This document shows, one piece after another, positions 31,040 to 41,209 of a stretch of DNA of 64,000 bases (its first letter is position 1; every line of letters starts with the position of its first letter). The notes under the pieces were generated by a model. That model was not told the DNA's origin and did not search any database. It saw only the letters and a list, made by a program, of their open reading frames with translations. The stretch comes from Clostridiales bacterium (lineage in GTDB: Bacteria > Bacillota > Clostridia > Lachnospirales > Lachnospiraceae), in the NCBI GenBank assembly GCA_012837605.1, contig DUQV01000060.1, forward strand, positions 10,079-74,078, given 5' to 3'. A program made the position numbers and the translations under genes.

Positions 31040-31264
31040 ATGGCAGGCAATAAGGACAAGAAGATTGATTTGGACAATCTAAAACCGGAAGAGACAATGA
31101 AATATGAGATAGCAGGGGAGCTTGGTTATCTTGATAAGGTTCTGTCTACCGGATGGAAGTCTCTAACCGCCAAAGAATCCGGAAGAATAGGTGGGTTGAT
31201 TACCAAGAGAAAAAGGGAACAAAAACAGTGCAGCGAGTGCGATCCGATAAAAAAGGACTTGTGA
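31040..31264 (+). CDS. Small acid-soluble spore protein, alpha/beta type (SspF-like)
   Basis: MKYEIAGELG...GWKSLTAKESGRIGG; ATG 31040 after AAAGGG. Confidence 0.85.
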   Translation: MAGNKDKKIDLDNLKPEETMKYEIAGELGYLDKVLSTGWKSLTAKESGRIGGLITKRKREQKQCSECDPIKKDL

Positions 31265-31365
31265 CAAGTTTGGTCACAAGTCCGATATTTATTTTTTATC
31301 GTATCGTAAAGAAGCAGAATATAAGATCAAGTTTTAATGGATTAATCTGCTTATTCGCGTATATC

Positions 31366-32541
31366 TTAAAACGGTGACTGATATTTTGTATTATTAAGTT
31401 TCAGATTGTTGACTCCCAAAAAGCCCTTAATGGCTACACATGCACCACCAAGAAGAATGGAGGTGTCTCTGAGCACGGAGGGTACTATCTTAATATAGCT
31501 GTTCATCTTGCTTCTTAAGGATTGCTCGATCTTTTCCAACACATGCGGAAACTGTATTGTAAATGAGCTGTTTATAATAACTATCTCAGGATTATATGCA
31601 TTCAGTATATTGTTAATTCCTACGGACATATACTTGACGAACTGATCCATAATCTGTACTGCCGCAGGGTCATTCTCCTCATACATCTTCTGATAGGTTT
31701 CAAAATCCATCTCATCTTCACCCTTTAGTCTTGCAAAATCTTTCAAAAGGGATCTTTCTGACACATATTGCTCCAAGCAGCCAAGATTTCCACAAGGGCA
31801 AGGTCTGCCGTCTATCTCTACTATAGTGTGTCCGAATTCGCCTGCACGCCCGTTATAACCGGTAAACAGCTGGTCATTTATTACGATACCGAGACCTATT
31901 CCGGAATGTACACTGATATTGGCAATATTGGAGTAATCATATTGGAATGTTTTCTCGCCTATAACCGACAAATTGGCTTCATTCTCCAAGTATATCGGAA
32001 CACCAAAATGCTGATGAAGACTCTCTGCAAGATTTGATCCGGTCAAATTATAATAAGGTGTAAAGGACACCTGATTATGAATGGTTACACCATGTATACC
32101 TATGGTAATACCTACAAGACCATAAGGAGTATCTGCAGGAGTATTCATGGTTTCAATAAGTTTAATCAATTCATTTACAATGTTAAGTGTGTTCTTGGGA
32201 GTTTTTATTTGCTTTATGCAGCAGTCTTCGCCTGCCAGGTCGGAAATCAAAGCAGATATGGTGTCAACTCCAAGATCAATGGATACGACATATCCTGCTT
32301 TCTTATTCAAGCTGAGAAGAATAGGTTTTCTTCCCAAATTAGTATCATCGCTGCCGATTTCTATTACAAGCTTACGGTTTATCAAATCCTGAACTATGGC
32401 TGATACGGTAGCCTTGGTTAATCCAAGATGTTTAGCCGTAGATGCCCTTGAAATGGTAGCCTGATTAATGATAGTTTCTAATACCAGATGGGTATTAATG
32501 TCTCTTATTAGTTCCTTACTGCCTGTAACCATAATAGTCAC
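31366..32541 (-). CDS. xylR: ROK family xylose repressor
   Basis: N-terminal HTH (ISRA...GLTKATVS), GRKP, ENEAN, GEFGH, CPCGNLGCLE; divergent from xylulokinase. Confidence 0.85.
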   Translation of the reverse strand: MTIMVTGSKELIRDINTHLVLETIINQATISRASTAKHLGLTKATVSAIVQDLINRKLVIEIGSDDTNLGRKPILLSLNKKAGYVVSIDLGVDTISALISDLAGEDCCIKQIKTPKNTLNIVNELIKLIETMNTPADTPYGLVGITIGIHGVTIHNQVSFTPYYNLTGSNLAESLHQHFGVPIYLENEANLSVIGEKTFQYDYSNIANISVHSGIGLGIVINDQLFTGYNGRAGEFGHTIVEIDGRPCPCGNLGCLEQYVSERSLLKDFARLKGEDEMDFETYQKMYEENDPAAVQIMDQFVKYMSVGINNILNAYNPEIVIINSSFTIQFPHVLEKIEQSLRSKMNSYIKIVPSVLRDTSILLGGACVAIKGFLGVNNLKLNNTKYQSPF

Positions 32542-32671
32542 CTTTCGTATTCTATATACTTTAAAATTTGCATCTTTTTTGATAATAACATAAATTTTCT
32601 AATTTGAAAAGTATTTACCGATTTTTAATTAAAACAGCATATATTGCCTGTCAATTTTATTGATAAATTCT

Positions 32672-33030
32672 TCAGATCTGCACCTGATACCGTTTTCGCT
32701 CCGTAAAAGCAGCAAACGATTCGTACCCGCATTTTCTTAACTGCTCCATCGCAGAATCCGGGTCTGTTCCCAAATCATCCGAATAATAGGCGTCCGACGA
32801 CAAAGTTATCGGTATCCGGCTCATCCTCCCCATTCGGAAAGAAATCTGCTTCGATACCCAGCTTAAGCCAAACACCTTGCTTCTCCCACTTTTCTTTTTG
32901 GGATTGTATAAATTCAATAAACTGATTCATGCTTCCTGGGCAATAAAGCCTCTTTCATCCAATAACTCTGCAAATTTATCTATGCTTCCGTTTCTGTCAA
33001 AATAGTATTCATACTTTGGTGTGTCAGCAC
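32672..33030 (-). pseudogene. Fragmented PHP-family histidinol-phosphatase-like gene
   Basis: One frame from 32930 gives MNQFIEFIQSQKEKWEKQGVWLKLGIEADFFPNGEDE; another frame gives IPITLSSDAYYSDDLG...FTERKR; the middle of the domain is missing. Confidence 0.6.
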
Positions 33031-33156
33031 GATTATGAAATGTGCTGCTTATACCGGGATTGTTCATATTATTCATTCCTTTGCCGAAATTGTCATAATC
33101 ATTATATGATGTGTCCTTAAAAAGAGGAACTATTCACTAATCAAAAAGATTGTTGC

Positions 33157-33185
33157 TTGACATAGACTTGTTGGATTGATATATT
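33157..33185 (+). promoter_or_regulatory. Sigma-A promoter of xylB
   Basis: TTGACA-N17-TATATT with TG extension. Confidence 0.6.
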
Positions 33186-33293
33186 AAATTTAAAATTGTT
33201 TATTCAATTAACTTGAGAAATTGTATTAATTTATAAGGGGATTATGATTGTATGTTCTAAAATATTTTATGGTATGAAAGGAGTAATACGCAG

Positions 33294-34766
33294 ATGTTGT
33301 ATATTGGTGTTGATCTGGGTACATCCTCTGTCAAGCTGTTATTGATGGATGAGAGTGGGAGAATTGAAAATATTGTTATAAGGGAGTATCCGATATATTA
33401 TCCTAAGCCCGGATGGTCCGAGCAAAACCCTGAGGATTGGTATAATGCTTTGACAGACGGTCTCAAGGAGCTTATAAAGAACTGCAACAAGGATGAAATT
33501 GACGGTATCAGCTTCAGCGGGCAGATGCATGGCATGGTAATCCTGGATGAACATGACAGGGTTATCCGACCGGCAATATTATGGAATGACGGGCGTACGC
33601 AGGCTGAATGCGACTACCTGAATAATGATATAGGAAGAGAAAAGATTTCGGGCTATACTGCCAATATGGCACTAACGGGATTTACGGCTCCTAAGCTTTT
33701 ATGGGTAAGAAAGCATGAGCCTGAGAATTTTGTAAGGATAAAGAAGGTTATGCTGCCTAAGGATTATATAGCTTATATGCTCTCAGGCGTGCATTGTACT
33801 GATGTATCGGATGCATCAGGTATGCTTCTGTTTGATGTTAAGAATAAACGTTGGTCTGAGGAAATGCTTGAAATATGCGGTCTGAAAAAAGAGCAGATGG
33901 CTAAGGTTTATGAATCCTATGAGGTGGTTGGAAATGTCAGTCAGAAGGCATCTGAAGAGACAGGACTTCCTACAAGTGTTAAGGTTATTGCAGGCGGTGG
34001 TGATCAGGCAGTTGCATCGGTTGGAACCGGTACCGTAGGCAAGGGAAAATGTAATGTGTCATTAGGAACCTCCGGCGTGGTATTCATATCGGCACAGGAA
34101 TTTGCCGTTGATGATAAGAATGCACTTCATGCGTTCTGCCATGCAGATGGAAAATATCATTTCATGGGTGTTATGCTCTCGGCAGGAGCCAGCAATTCAT
34201 GGTGGATGAACAATGTTTTAGACACCAAGGATTATACTTCTGAGCAAAAGGACATAACCGGGCTTGGCAGGAATAATGTTTATTTCCTTCCTTATCTTAT
34301 GGGCGAAAGAACACCTCATAATAACCCAAATGCGAGAGGTACATTTATTGGTATGACCATGGATACAACAAGAAAGGATATGACACAGGCGGTCCTTGAG
34401 GGTGTGGCATTTGCACTGCGTGATTCCTTTGAAATTGCCAAATCTATTGGTACTACTGTAGACAGAATCAGAATAAACGGAGGCGGAGCAAAGAGTCCCC
34501 TCTGGTGCAAAATAGTAGCCAATGTGCTTAATGTAAAGGTTGATAAAACCAATTCCAAGGAAGAACCTGCCTTTGGAGCAGCTATACTGGCAGCTGTAGG
34601 ATGCGGGAAGTATAAAACCGTGGAAGTAGCTACGGAGAAGCTTATCCAGGTAATTGATACCGTTGAGCAGGATCCTGAGATTGTTGAGCTTTACAATAAG
34701 AAATATGAGGTATTCAGGCAGCTGTATCCTGCAGTAAAAGATATATTCGACAAGGTCAGCGGATAA
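33294..34766 (+). CDS. xylB: Xylulokinase
   Basis: IGVDLGTSSVK, SGQMHG, AILWNDGRT, GFTAPKLLW, DVSDASG, FLPYLMGERTPH. Confidence 0.93.
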   Translation: MLYIGVDLGTSSVKLLLMDESGRIENIVIREYPIYYPKPGWSEQNPEDWYNALTDGLKELIKNCNKDEIDGISFSGQMHGMVILDEHDRVIRPAILWNDGRTQAECDYLNNDIGREKISGYTANMALTGFTAPKLLWVRKHEPENFVRIKKVMLPKDYIAYMLSGVHCTDVSDASGMLLFDVKNKRWSEEMLEICGLKKEQMAKVYESYEVVGNVSQKASEETGLPTSVKVIAGGGDQAVASVGTGTVGKGKCNVSLGTSGVVFISAQEFAVDDKNALHAFCHADGKYHFMGVMLSAGASNSWWMNNVLDTKDYTSEQKDITGLGRNNVYFLPYLMGERTPHNNPNARGTFIGMTMDTTRKDMTQAVLEGVAFALRDSFEIAKSIGTTVDRIRINGGGAKSPLWCKIVANVLNVKVDKTNSKEEPAFGAAILAAVGCGKYKTVEVATEKLIQVIDTVEQDPEIVELYNKKYEVFRQLYPAVKDIFDKVSG

Positions 34767-34837
34767 GCAGCTGAATATTTATATAGAATAAGAAAAGGGA
34801 TACGGATGTTCAATGAGGAGCTATTAGAATCAAATAC

Positions 34838-34886
34838 AAAGGGCGTACAGTAAAAGGCTTTTGAGTTAGGATGCTGTACGCCCTTT
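34838..34886 (+). terminator. Terminator-like inverted repeat
   Basis: AAAGGGCGTACAG...CTGTACGCCCTTT. Confidence 0.65.
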
Positions 34887-34952
34887 CACAAGCTTACGTA
34901 TCTTTCTTTATTGTATGGGAAATTATAGTATGATAAAATATAAAGGCATCTG

Positions 34953-35762
34953 ATGATATCCGAGATATTTATGAAGGGAGCAGAAGTGTTGGACAAATAT
35001 ACTGATTTTGCTTCGGTTTATGATATACTGATGAGTCATATACCTTATGATGAATGGGCAGATTATATAGAGGGTATATTAAGACAGTATGGAATAGAAA
35101 AAGGCTTGGTGCTGGAGCTTGGATGCGGAACCGGAGCCATGACAAGAAGGATGGCTTCTAAAGGTTATGATATGATTGGAGTAGATGTATCTGAGGAGAT
35201 GCTTTCACATGCCAGGCAAAGGAGTGAAGGAACGGAAGACAATATCCTGTATCTGTGTCAGGACATGCGGGAATTTGAGCTGTATGGAACTGTGGCTGCT
35301 GTCTTTTGTGTTTGCGACACAATAAATTATATGCTTTCACAGGAGGATCTCAGTAAGGTTTTTAATCATGTCGGTAATTATCTTGATTCCGGCGGTTTGT
35401 TTATATTTGATATGGATACCGAGTATCTTTATAAGGAGGTTCTTGGCGACAATATAAATATTATGAACCATGAGAAAGGAAGCTTTATATGGGAGAATAA
35501 TTTTTATCCTGAGGATATGATTAATGAAGTGAATCTTACATTATTTATTAAACAGGATAATTCTTTATATAAAAAGCATGAGGAAACGCATGTAAGAAAA
35601 GCCTATGATATTGACACTATAAGGAGACTGCTGGATACGGCGGGACTCGATATGCTTGGTGCTTATCATGAGCTTACGTTTGAGATGCCAAGAGGAAACA
35701 GTGAAAGGGTATATATTGTAGCTAAGGAAAGATACCGTTCCAATAAGCTATATATAAAATGA
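34953..35762 (+). CDS. Class I SAM-dependent methyltransferase (YqeM-like)
   Basis: FASVYD, VLELGCGTG, GVDVSEEML, QDMREFEL; real start may be GTG 34986. Confidence 0.88.
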   Translation: MISEIFMKGAEVLDKYTDFASVYDILMSHIPYDEWADYIEGILRQYGIEKGLVLELGCGTGAMTRRMASKGYDMIGVDVSEEMLSHARQRSEGTEDNILYLCQDMREFELYGTVAAVFCVCDTINYMLSQEDLSKVFNHVGNYLDSGGLFIFDMDTEYLYKEVLGDNINIMNHEKGSFIWENNFYPEDMINEVNLTLFIKQDNSLYKKHEETHVRKAYDIDTIRRLLDTAGLDMLGAYHELTFEMPRGNSERVYIVAKERYRSNKLYIK

Positions 35763-35930
35763 GATGTCTGCAGGATGTCGGAATAATGAATTAGTGTGCT
35801 TTTCTATATATAAAAGCAGTATAGAATAAAGATATAAAATAATAAAAAGTAATAAAAACTGAAAGTCATATAAGCATAAAAGAATAAAATGAAAAGGGAA
35901 TTTGATAATTGATTATAAATAGAAAGGACC

Positions 35931-36821
35931 ATGAACCAAATGACGGATTATATTATCAGAGCGAGTGCGGCAGATAACCAAATACGTGCTTTTGCGGCAA
36001 CAACAAGAGATATGGTTGAACATGCAAGAACGATTCACAATACAAGTCCTATAGCAACTGCTGCTTTAGGAAGACTGCTTACAGCCGGTGCCATGATGGG
36101 AATTATGATGAAGGGAAAGAAGGATTTATTAACTCTTCAGATTAAAGGAACAGGTCCGATTGGAGGAATAGTAGTCACAGCCAATTCGGATGGAATTGTT
36201 AAAGGATATGTACATCATCCTGAAGTTATGCTTGATCCAAGTCCGCGTGGAAAGCTTGATGTAGGCGGTGCAATAGGTGAAGGTATGCTTACAGTTATAA
36301 AGGATCTTGGGCTTAAAGAACCCTATGTCGGACAGACCAAGCTTATAAGCGGAGAAATCGCAGAGGATTTGACGTATTATTATGCAACCAGTGAGCAGAT
36401 TCCATCCGGTGTGGCACTTGGAGTACTTATGAATAAAAACAATACTGTTCGTCGGGCAGGAGGCTTCATAATCCAGCTAATGCCCGATGCCGGTGAGGAG
36501 ATTATCAGTAAGCTTGAGGAGAACATCAGTAATTTGGATGGAATAACCGACCTGCTTGATAAAGACATGTCTCCGGAGATGATACTTAATCAGCTCTTAG
36601 GAGATTTTGATATAGAGATATTAGACAAATATCCCACAGCTTTTGAATGTAACTGCAGTAAGGAGCGGGTTGAACAGGCAGTAATATCCGTGGGGAGGAA
36701 GGATATTATTGAAATGATCAATGATAATAAACCTATTGAGGTTAATTGCCATTTTTGTAATAAGCATTATGTATTCCAAGTGAAGGAATTGGAATCATTT
36801 CTTAGCAGAACAACATATTAA
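35931..36821 (+). CDS. hslO: Hsp33 redox-regulated chaperone
   Basis: ALGRLLT, GEIAED, SEQIPS, AGGFIIQLMP, CNCS...CHFC Zn motif. Confidence 0.95.
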   Translation: MNQMTDYIIRASAADNQIRAFAATTRDMVEHARTIHNTSPIATAALGRLLTAGAMMGIMMKGKKDLLTLQIKGTGPIGGIVVTANSDGIVKGYVHHPEVMLDPSPRGKLDVGGAIGEGMLTVIKDLGLKEPYVGQTKLISGEIAEDLTYYYATSEQIPSGVALGVLMNKNNTVRRAGGFIIQLMPDAGEEIISKLEENISNLDGITDLLDKDMSPEMILNQLLGDFDIEILDKYPTAFECNCSKERVEQAVISVGRKDIIEMINDNKPIEVNCHFCNKHYVFQVKELESFLSRTTY

Positions 36822-37000
36822 TACAATAATATGATATTGCGAAAGCTGATAAATAAGTGCAATACAATATAATTCATTTTTTTATTGCAACCTTGCCCCA
36901 TCTCTGATAAAATCAAAATGCATCATTTTTTAGAATTTATTGGGGATAGGTAGACTATTGGGTGATAGCAGGCAGCTTGTAAAGAAAGGATGAATGAATC

Positions 37001-38404
37001 ATGGAATATGATAGCTTAATTACCGATGAGATGCATGAGGAATGTGGAGTGTTTGGCGTATATGATACTGAGGGAAACGATGTGGTATCTACTATGTATT
37101 ACGGACTGTTTGCATTACAGCATCGGGGACAGGAAAGCTGCGGAATTGCTGTGAGTGATACTAACGGACCTAAGGGCAAGGTTATGTCCTGTAAAGGCAT
37201 GGGTCTTATAAGCGAGGTATGTACAGAAGAGAATATGGAGAATCTAAGGGGAGATATCGGAGTTGGTCATGTCCGTTATTCCAGGACAGGAGAAAACAGC
37301 ATCCATAATACCCAGCCCTTGGTGCTTAATTACGTAAAGGGCACTTTATGCATAGCCCAGAACGGCTGTATAATCAATACGGACAAGCTAAGAGAGGAGC
37401 TTGAATATACAGGTGCCATATTCCAGACAACAATAGATACGGAAGTTATCGCTTATCATATAGCAAGAGAAAGACTTAAATCAAAGACTGTAGAAGAGGC
37501 TGTCACTAAGGCAATGAAGAAGCTGGTCGGAGCTTATTCATTGGTTATTATGAGCCCCAGAAAACTAATCGGTGCAAGAGATTCATTTGGATTTCATCCT
37601 CTATGTATAGGGAAAAAGGACAGCTCTTATATTTTGGCTTCGGAAACTGCGGCTCTAAATGCCGTGGATGCAGAATTTATAAGAGACGTACTTCCCGGGG
37701 AAGTGGTAATGATTGATAAGAATGGAATTCATTCCGATACATCCTTATGCACGAATAAGCATGCAAGATGTATATTTGAATATATCTACTTTGCCCGCCC
37801 GGACAGTCATATCGATGGTGTCAGTGTATATAATTCCAGAATTATGGCAGGAAGAATTCTGGCTCAGACTCATCCTGTTGATGCAGATGTGGTTGTAGGA
37901 GTACCTGATTCAGGTAACGCAGCGGCACTGGGATATGCTATGGAATCAGGAATTCCATTAGGCATGGCATTTGTTAAGAACAGCTATGTCGGAAGAACTT
38001 TTATTAAGCCCAAGCAGGCAGCCCGTGCTTCCAGTGTTCGGATTAAGTTAAATGTTCTTCCGGAGGTTGTTGAGGGAAAGCGTGTAGTAATGATTGATGA
38101 CTCCATAGTCCGTGGAACTACCAGTGCCAAGATTGTCAAAATGTTAAAGAAAGCGGGAGCAACTGAGGTTCATGTAAGAATAAGCTCCTCACCATTTTTA
38201 TATCCTTGCTATTATGGAGTGGATGTGCCTACGGGAGACCAGCTTATTGCTAAAAACAATACTATTGAACAGATTCGCGACATGATTGGAGCAGATTCTC
38301 TTGGTTATCTTGAGCTGGACCGCATAGGAGATATAATTGGTAAGGACATGGGTTATTGCGATGCCTGCTTTACAGGCAATTATCCTACCGAGATACCGTC
38401 ATAA
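37001..38404 (+). CDS. purF: Amidophosphoribosyltransferase
   Basis: Propeptide then CGVFG, LQHRGQE, CIFEYIYFARPDS, VMIDDSIVRGTT, CDACFTG. Confidence 0.95.
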   Translation: MEYDSLITDEMHEECGVFGVYDTEGNDVVSTMYYGLFALQHRGQESCGIAVSDTNGPKGKVMSCKGMGLISEVCTEENMENLRGDIGVGHVRYSRTGENSIHNTQPLVLNYVKGTLCIAQNGCIINTDKLREELEYTGAIFQTTIDTEVIAYHIARERLKSKTVEEAVTKAMKKLVGAYSLVIMSPRKLIGARDSFGFHPLCIGKKDSSYILASETAALNAVDAEFIRDVLPGEVVMIDKNGIHSDTSLCTNKHARCIFEYIYFARPDSHIDGVSVYNSRIMAGRILAQTHPVDADVVVGVPDSGNAAALGYAMESGIPLGMAFVKNSYVGRTFIKPKQAARASSVRIKLNVLPEVVEGKRVVMIDDSIVRGTTSAKIVKMLKKAGATEVHVRISSSPFLYPCYYGVDVPTGDQLIAKNNTIEQIRDMIGADSLGYLELDRIGDIIGKDMGYCDACFTGNYPTEIPS

Positions 38405-38463
38405 TACAAATGCCCAATTGATAAATAAGACATTTGCTGTTTGATGTTTGAGAACGAATAACG

Positions 38464-38511
38464 GACCTCTATAAGCCGGGTATATTTTATAAAATAAAGC
38501 TTATAGAGGTC
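38464..38511. terminator. Terminator-like inverted repeat between convergent units
   Basis: GACCTCTATAAGC...GCTTATAGAGGTC. Confidence 0.65.
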
Positions 38512-38605
38512 TTTATATTTAAACAGGGTAGTGTGCTGTCCTATGTTTGTTATGGAATTTCAAGCATTGTCAGCAGAACCTTGATATCTTGATAATATCA
38601 GCACC

Positions 38606-39406
38606 TTATATGGGCAGATTTCTCTTATTAAATGTATAAAACCCCAATCCGTACATCACTATTGATATAAATGTGAGAGCCAAAAACTGTAGAATAAAAT
38701 CTTCCCCGGCTATGATTTTATCCGGGTCAAACAGAGTGAACAAAGTGAAATTTTTTAGGAAACGGGTTTTTTCACCGACATCGGAAATCATCTGAATAAC
38801 AAGGAAGGCAACAGGAAGACCGGCACCTACCATTAGAGAATATTTTGTATCATTGAATAAGCAGGAGGCAAAAAACCCGATTCCGGTTACGGCGTAATAT
38901 AGCAGCAATGAACCTAAATTTATTAAAAGAAAGGCTTTGACATCCAGCTTTCCGGGGAAAGCAGTATTACTAAGAACTAATCCGACCAAGGTTACTATAC
39001 CTATCATAATTGTGGTGCTGACAATAATGAACAGAGCCTGTGTTCCGGCTATTTTTCCTCTTGTATTTGGGGTAGATAACAGATATGCCATAGATCCTTT
39101 ATCAACATGTGAGGCAATACTTCTGTTACAAACTATTATAGTATATATCATAGGCAGTAAAAGAATAAGAAAACCGTAAAAATAGCTTCCTATGAAATCT
39201 ATCAGGCTTCCCCCGATTTCACGAAATCCCATAGCAGCTATCAGTGCCTGTGGCATTACTTCTAAAATTTCATTTAATGATTCTTGGGTAGAAGGATCAT
39301 ACATGGTTATAATTATTGGAAGATAAACCATAAGAACTGAGAGTATTATTAAAAACACAACATAATTCTGTTTTATGGCAGCTTTAAATAATGGTTTGCT
39401 AATCAA
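38606..39406 (-). CDS. ABC-2 type exporter permease
   Basis: Multiple TM helices; VDKGSMAYLLSTP; FNKRNLP. Confidence 0.88.
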   Translation of the reverse strand: MISKPLFKAAIKQNYVVFLIILSVLMVYLPIIITMYDPSTQESLNEILEVMPQALIAAMGFREIGGSLIDFIGSYFYGFLILLLPMIYTIIVCNRSIASHVDKGSMAYLLSTPNTRGKIAGTQALFIIVSTTIMIGIVTLVGLVLSNTAFPGKLDVKAFLLINLGSLLLYYAVTGIGFFASCLFNDTKYSLMVGAGLPVAFLVIQMISDVGEKTRFLKNFTLFTLFDPDKIIAGEDFILQFLALTFISIVMYGLGFYTFNKRNLPI

Positions 39407-39424
39407 TTGAATTCCTCCCTTCGG

Positions 39425-40327
39425 CTAATTTGTTATACTCTGCGAATCATCACCATAATAGTGCATAAATATATCTTCAAGACTGCTGGTTTCCGTATTC
39501 AGATCAAGTACAGTGAATTCATGCAGTGCCTTAATCAATTCGGTTACATTACCAAGTATGCTTAATTTCACTGTGTTTTCATTTACTTCTATAATATCAA
39601 AACCGCTTGAATCGGCAAACTTAGCTGCCGAATCAGGGTTATCAAAATCCAGAAGATATATTCTTCTTCTTTTTTGCTTAAGGTCATGCATGTCCTCAAT
39701 AGCAACAAGCTCTCCCTGTCGGATTATTCCCACACGGTCACAGGTTCGTTCAACCTCTTCAAAGCTATGGGAAGACATAAGAATTGTTTTACCTTTGCTT
39801 TTTTCTTCAAGTATCAGATTGGCAAAGGTTTTTTGCATCAGAGGATCAAGTCCGCTTGTAGGCTCATCCAAAATCAGAACCCTCGGATCATGCATAAAAG
39901 CACATACTATTCCAAGCTTTTGCTTCATTCCCTTAGACATTTTGCGGATTTTGCCCTTTGTATCAAGCTCAAATAAATCCACAAGCTTATCTCTGAGAGA
40001 AACATCTGTAAGCCCTCTCATTTCAGCCATAAAATTCAAGAATTCCATTCCGCTCATTCCGTCAAAAAAGGCAATCTCCCCAGGTAAATAACCCAGATGT
40101 TTCATGATTTCGGCTCTTTCTGATCTGCAGTCCAATCCGAGAATTTTTGAAGATCCTTTATCAGGATTAAGAAATCCCATAAGATGTCTTATGGTTGTAG
40201 TCTTTCCTGCACCATTTGGTCCCAAATAACCGAATACTTCGCCCTCCTCGACGGTAAATGTAAGGTCGAATATCCCTTTATGATCCCCGTAATCCTTAGT
40301 TAATCCAATGATTTCAATTATGGACAT
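39425..40327 (-). CDS. ABC exporter ATP-binding protein
   Basis: GPNGAGKTT, MSKGMKQK, ILDEPTSGLDP, SSH. Confidence 0.95.
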   Translation of the reverse strand: MSIIEIIGLTKDYGDHKGIFDLTFTVEEGEVFGYLGPNGAGKTTTIRHLMGFLNPDKGSSKILGLDCRSERAEIMKHLGYLPGEIAFFDGMSGMEFLNFMAEMRGLTDVSLRDKLVDLFELDTKGKIRKMSKGMKQKLGIVCAFMHDPRVLILDEPTSGLDPLMQKTFANLILEEKSKGKTILMSSHSFEEVERTCDRVGIIRQGELVAIEDMHDLKQKRRRIYLLDFDNPDSAAKFADSSGFDIIEVNENTVKLSILGNVTELIKALHEFTVLDLNTETSSLEDIFMHYYGDDSQSITN

Positions 40328-40378
40328 TTATATTGACTCTCCTTTCCGCATGAAATTTGTACTGTATATTATCGCTCA

Positions 40379-41050
40379 CTATAGATATTCCTCCTTATAA
40401 AAATTATTCTTAATCATGGCAACATATTGGTCATATAATGATAAGACCCGGTCATAATCCACTTCATTCTGCTTATTATCGGGATCCGCCAAGCTAATTA
40501 ACTGAAAATGATGAACAATACCTTCAGAACACCAGGTAAGCAGCTGAAGCACCATATATGGATCTATACCATCCTTAAATTTATATATGTCTATATTTTT
40601 TAAAAAATCACCAATCCGCTCTTTTGCGAGTCTTTGATTTATTATTTGAATGTCCTTGTATACTTCTTGGGAGGTTTCAAATGGAGCTTTCTTAATAAAA
40701 CTGCTCATATAAGGATGTAAGATTGCCAGCTTCATCTTTCTTTCCTTTACATCCTCCAACCGTTCAAAGAAATCTGTTTTTTCCATATATTTTGGTATTC
40801 CGTTCCCGTCGGGACTGTCAACCAGCTGCTTCATTAAATGTGCAGCATATTTGTAAAGATAAAGAAAGAAATTTCTCTTGTTTTTAAAATAGTAGAAAAG
40901 ACTTCCCTTTGAGATTCCGGCTTCTTTGGCAATTTCTTCAACAGAAGCTTTTGAGTAGCCATATTCACCGAATACCCTAAAGCCTGCATTCAGGATTGCC
41001 TGCTTCTTAGCCTCACTCAGATTTTCAAAGCTTTCGTAAATACTAATCAC
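40379..41050 (-). CDS. TetR/AcrR family regulator
   Basis: FGEYGYSKASVEEIAKEAGISKGSLFYYFKNK. Confidence 0.93.
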   Translation of the reverse strand: MISIYESFENLSEAKKQAILNAGFRVFGEYGYSKASVEEIAKEAGISKGSLFYYFKNKRNFFLYLYKYAAHLMKQLVDSPDGNGIPKYMEKTDFFERLEDVKERKMKLAILHPYMSSFIKKAPFETSQEVYKDIQIINQRLAKERIGDFLKNIDIYKFKDGIDPYMVLQLLTWCSEGIVHHFQLISLADPDNKQNEVDYDRVLSLYDQYVAMIKNNFYKEEYL

Positions 41051-41078
41051 CTCCTATAATAGAGCTGTAACCCAGAAC

Positions 41079-41128
41079 TTGACCAACTTGGTCAAATTAA
41101 CAATAACATACTTGACCAAATCGGTCAA
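41079..41128. promoter_or_regulatory. Tandem palindromic TetR operator candidates
   Basis: TTGACCAA-C-TTGGTCAA (41079-41095) and TTGACCAAATCGGTCAA (41112-41128). Confidence 0.75.
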
Positions 41129-41209
41129 TACATTTTTCTTGAGATGATTATTACGGTTATGGTATACTGATATTGTATAACAAAGATAAACTCCATAAGG
41201 AGACATTAT

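Noticed and set aside
32672-32917. 81-aa ORF as an intact gene
   Set aside because: Only its C-terminal half is in the PHP-like frame; better explained as a pseudogene fragment
36830-37000. Purine or ZTP riboswitch upstream of purF
   Set aside because: Conserved aptamer motifs not found by eye
39513-40091. 192-aa plus-strand ORF
   Set aside because: Antisense shadow of the ABC ATPase; the same applies to the many short antisense ORFs in groEL, addAB, valS and purL
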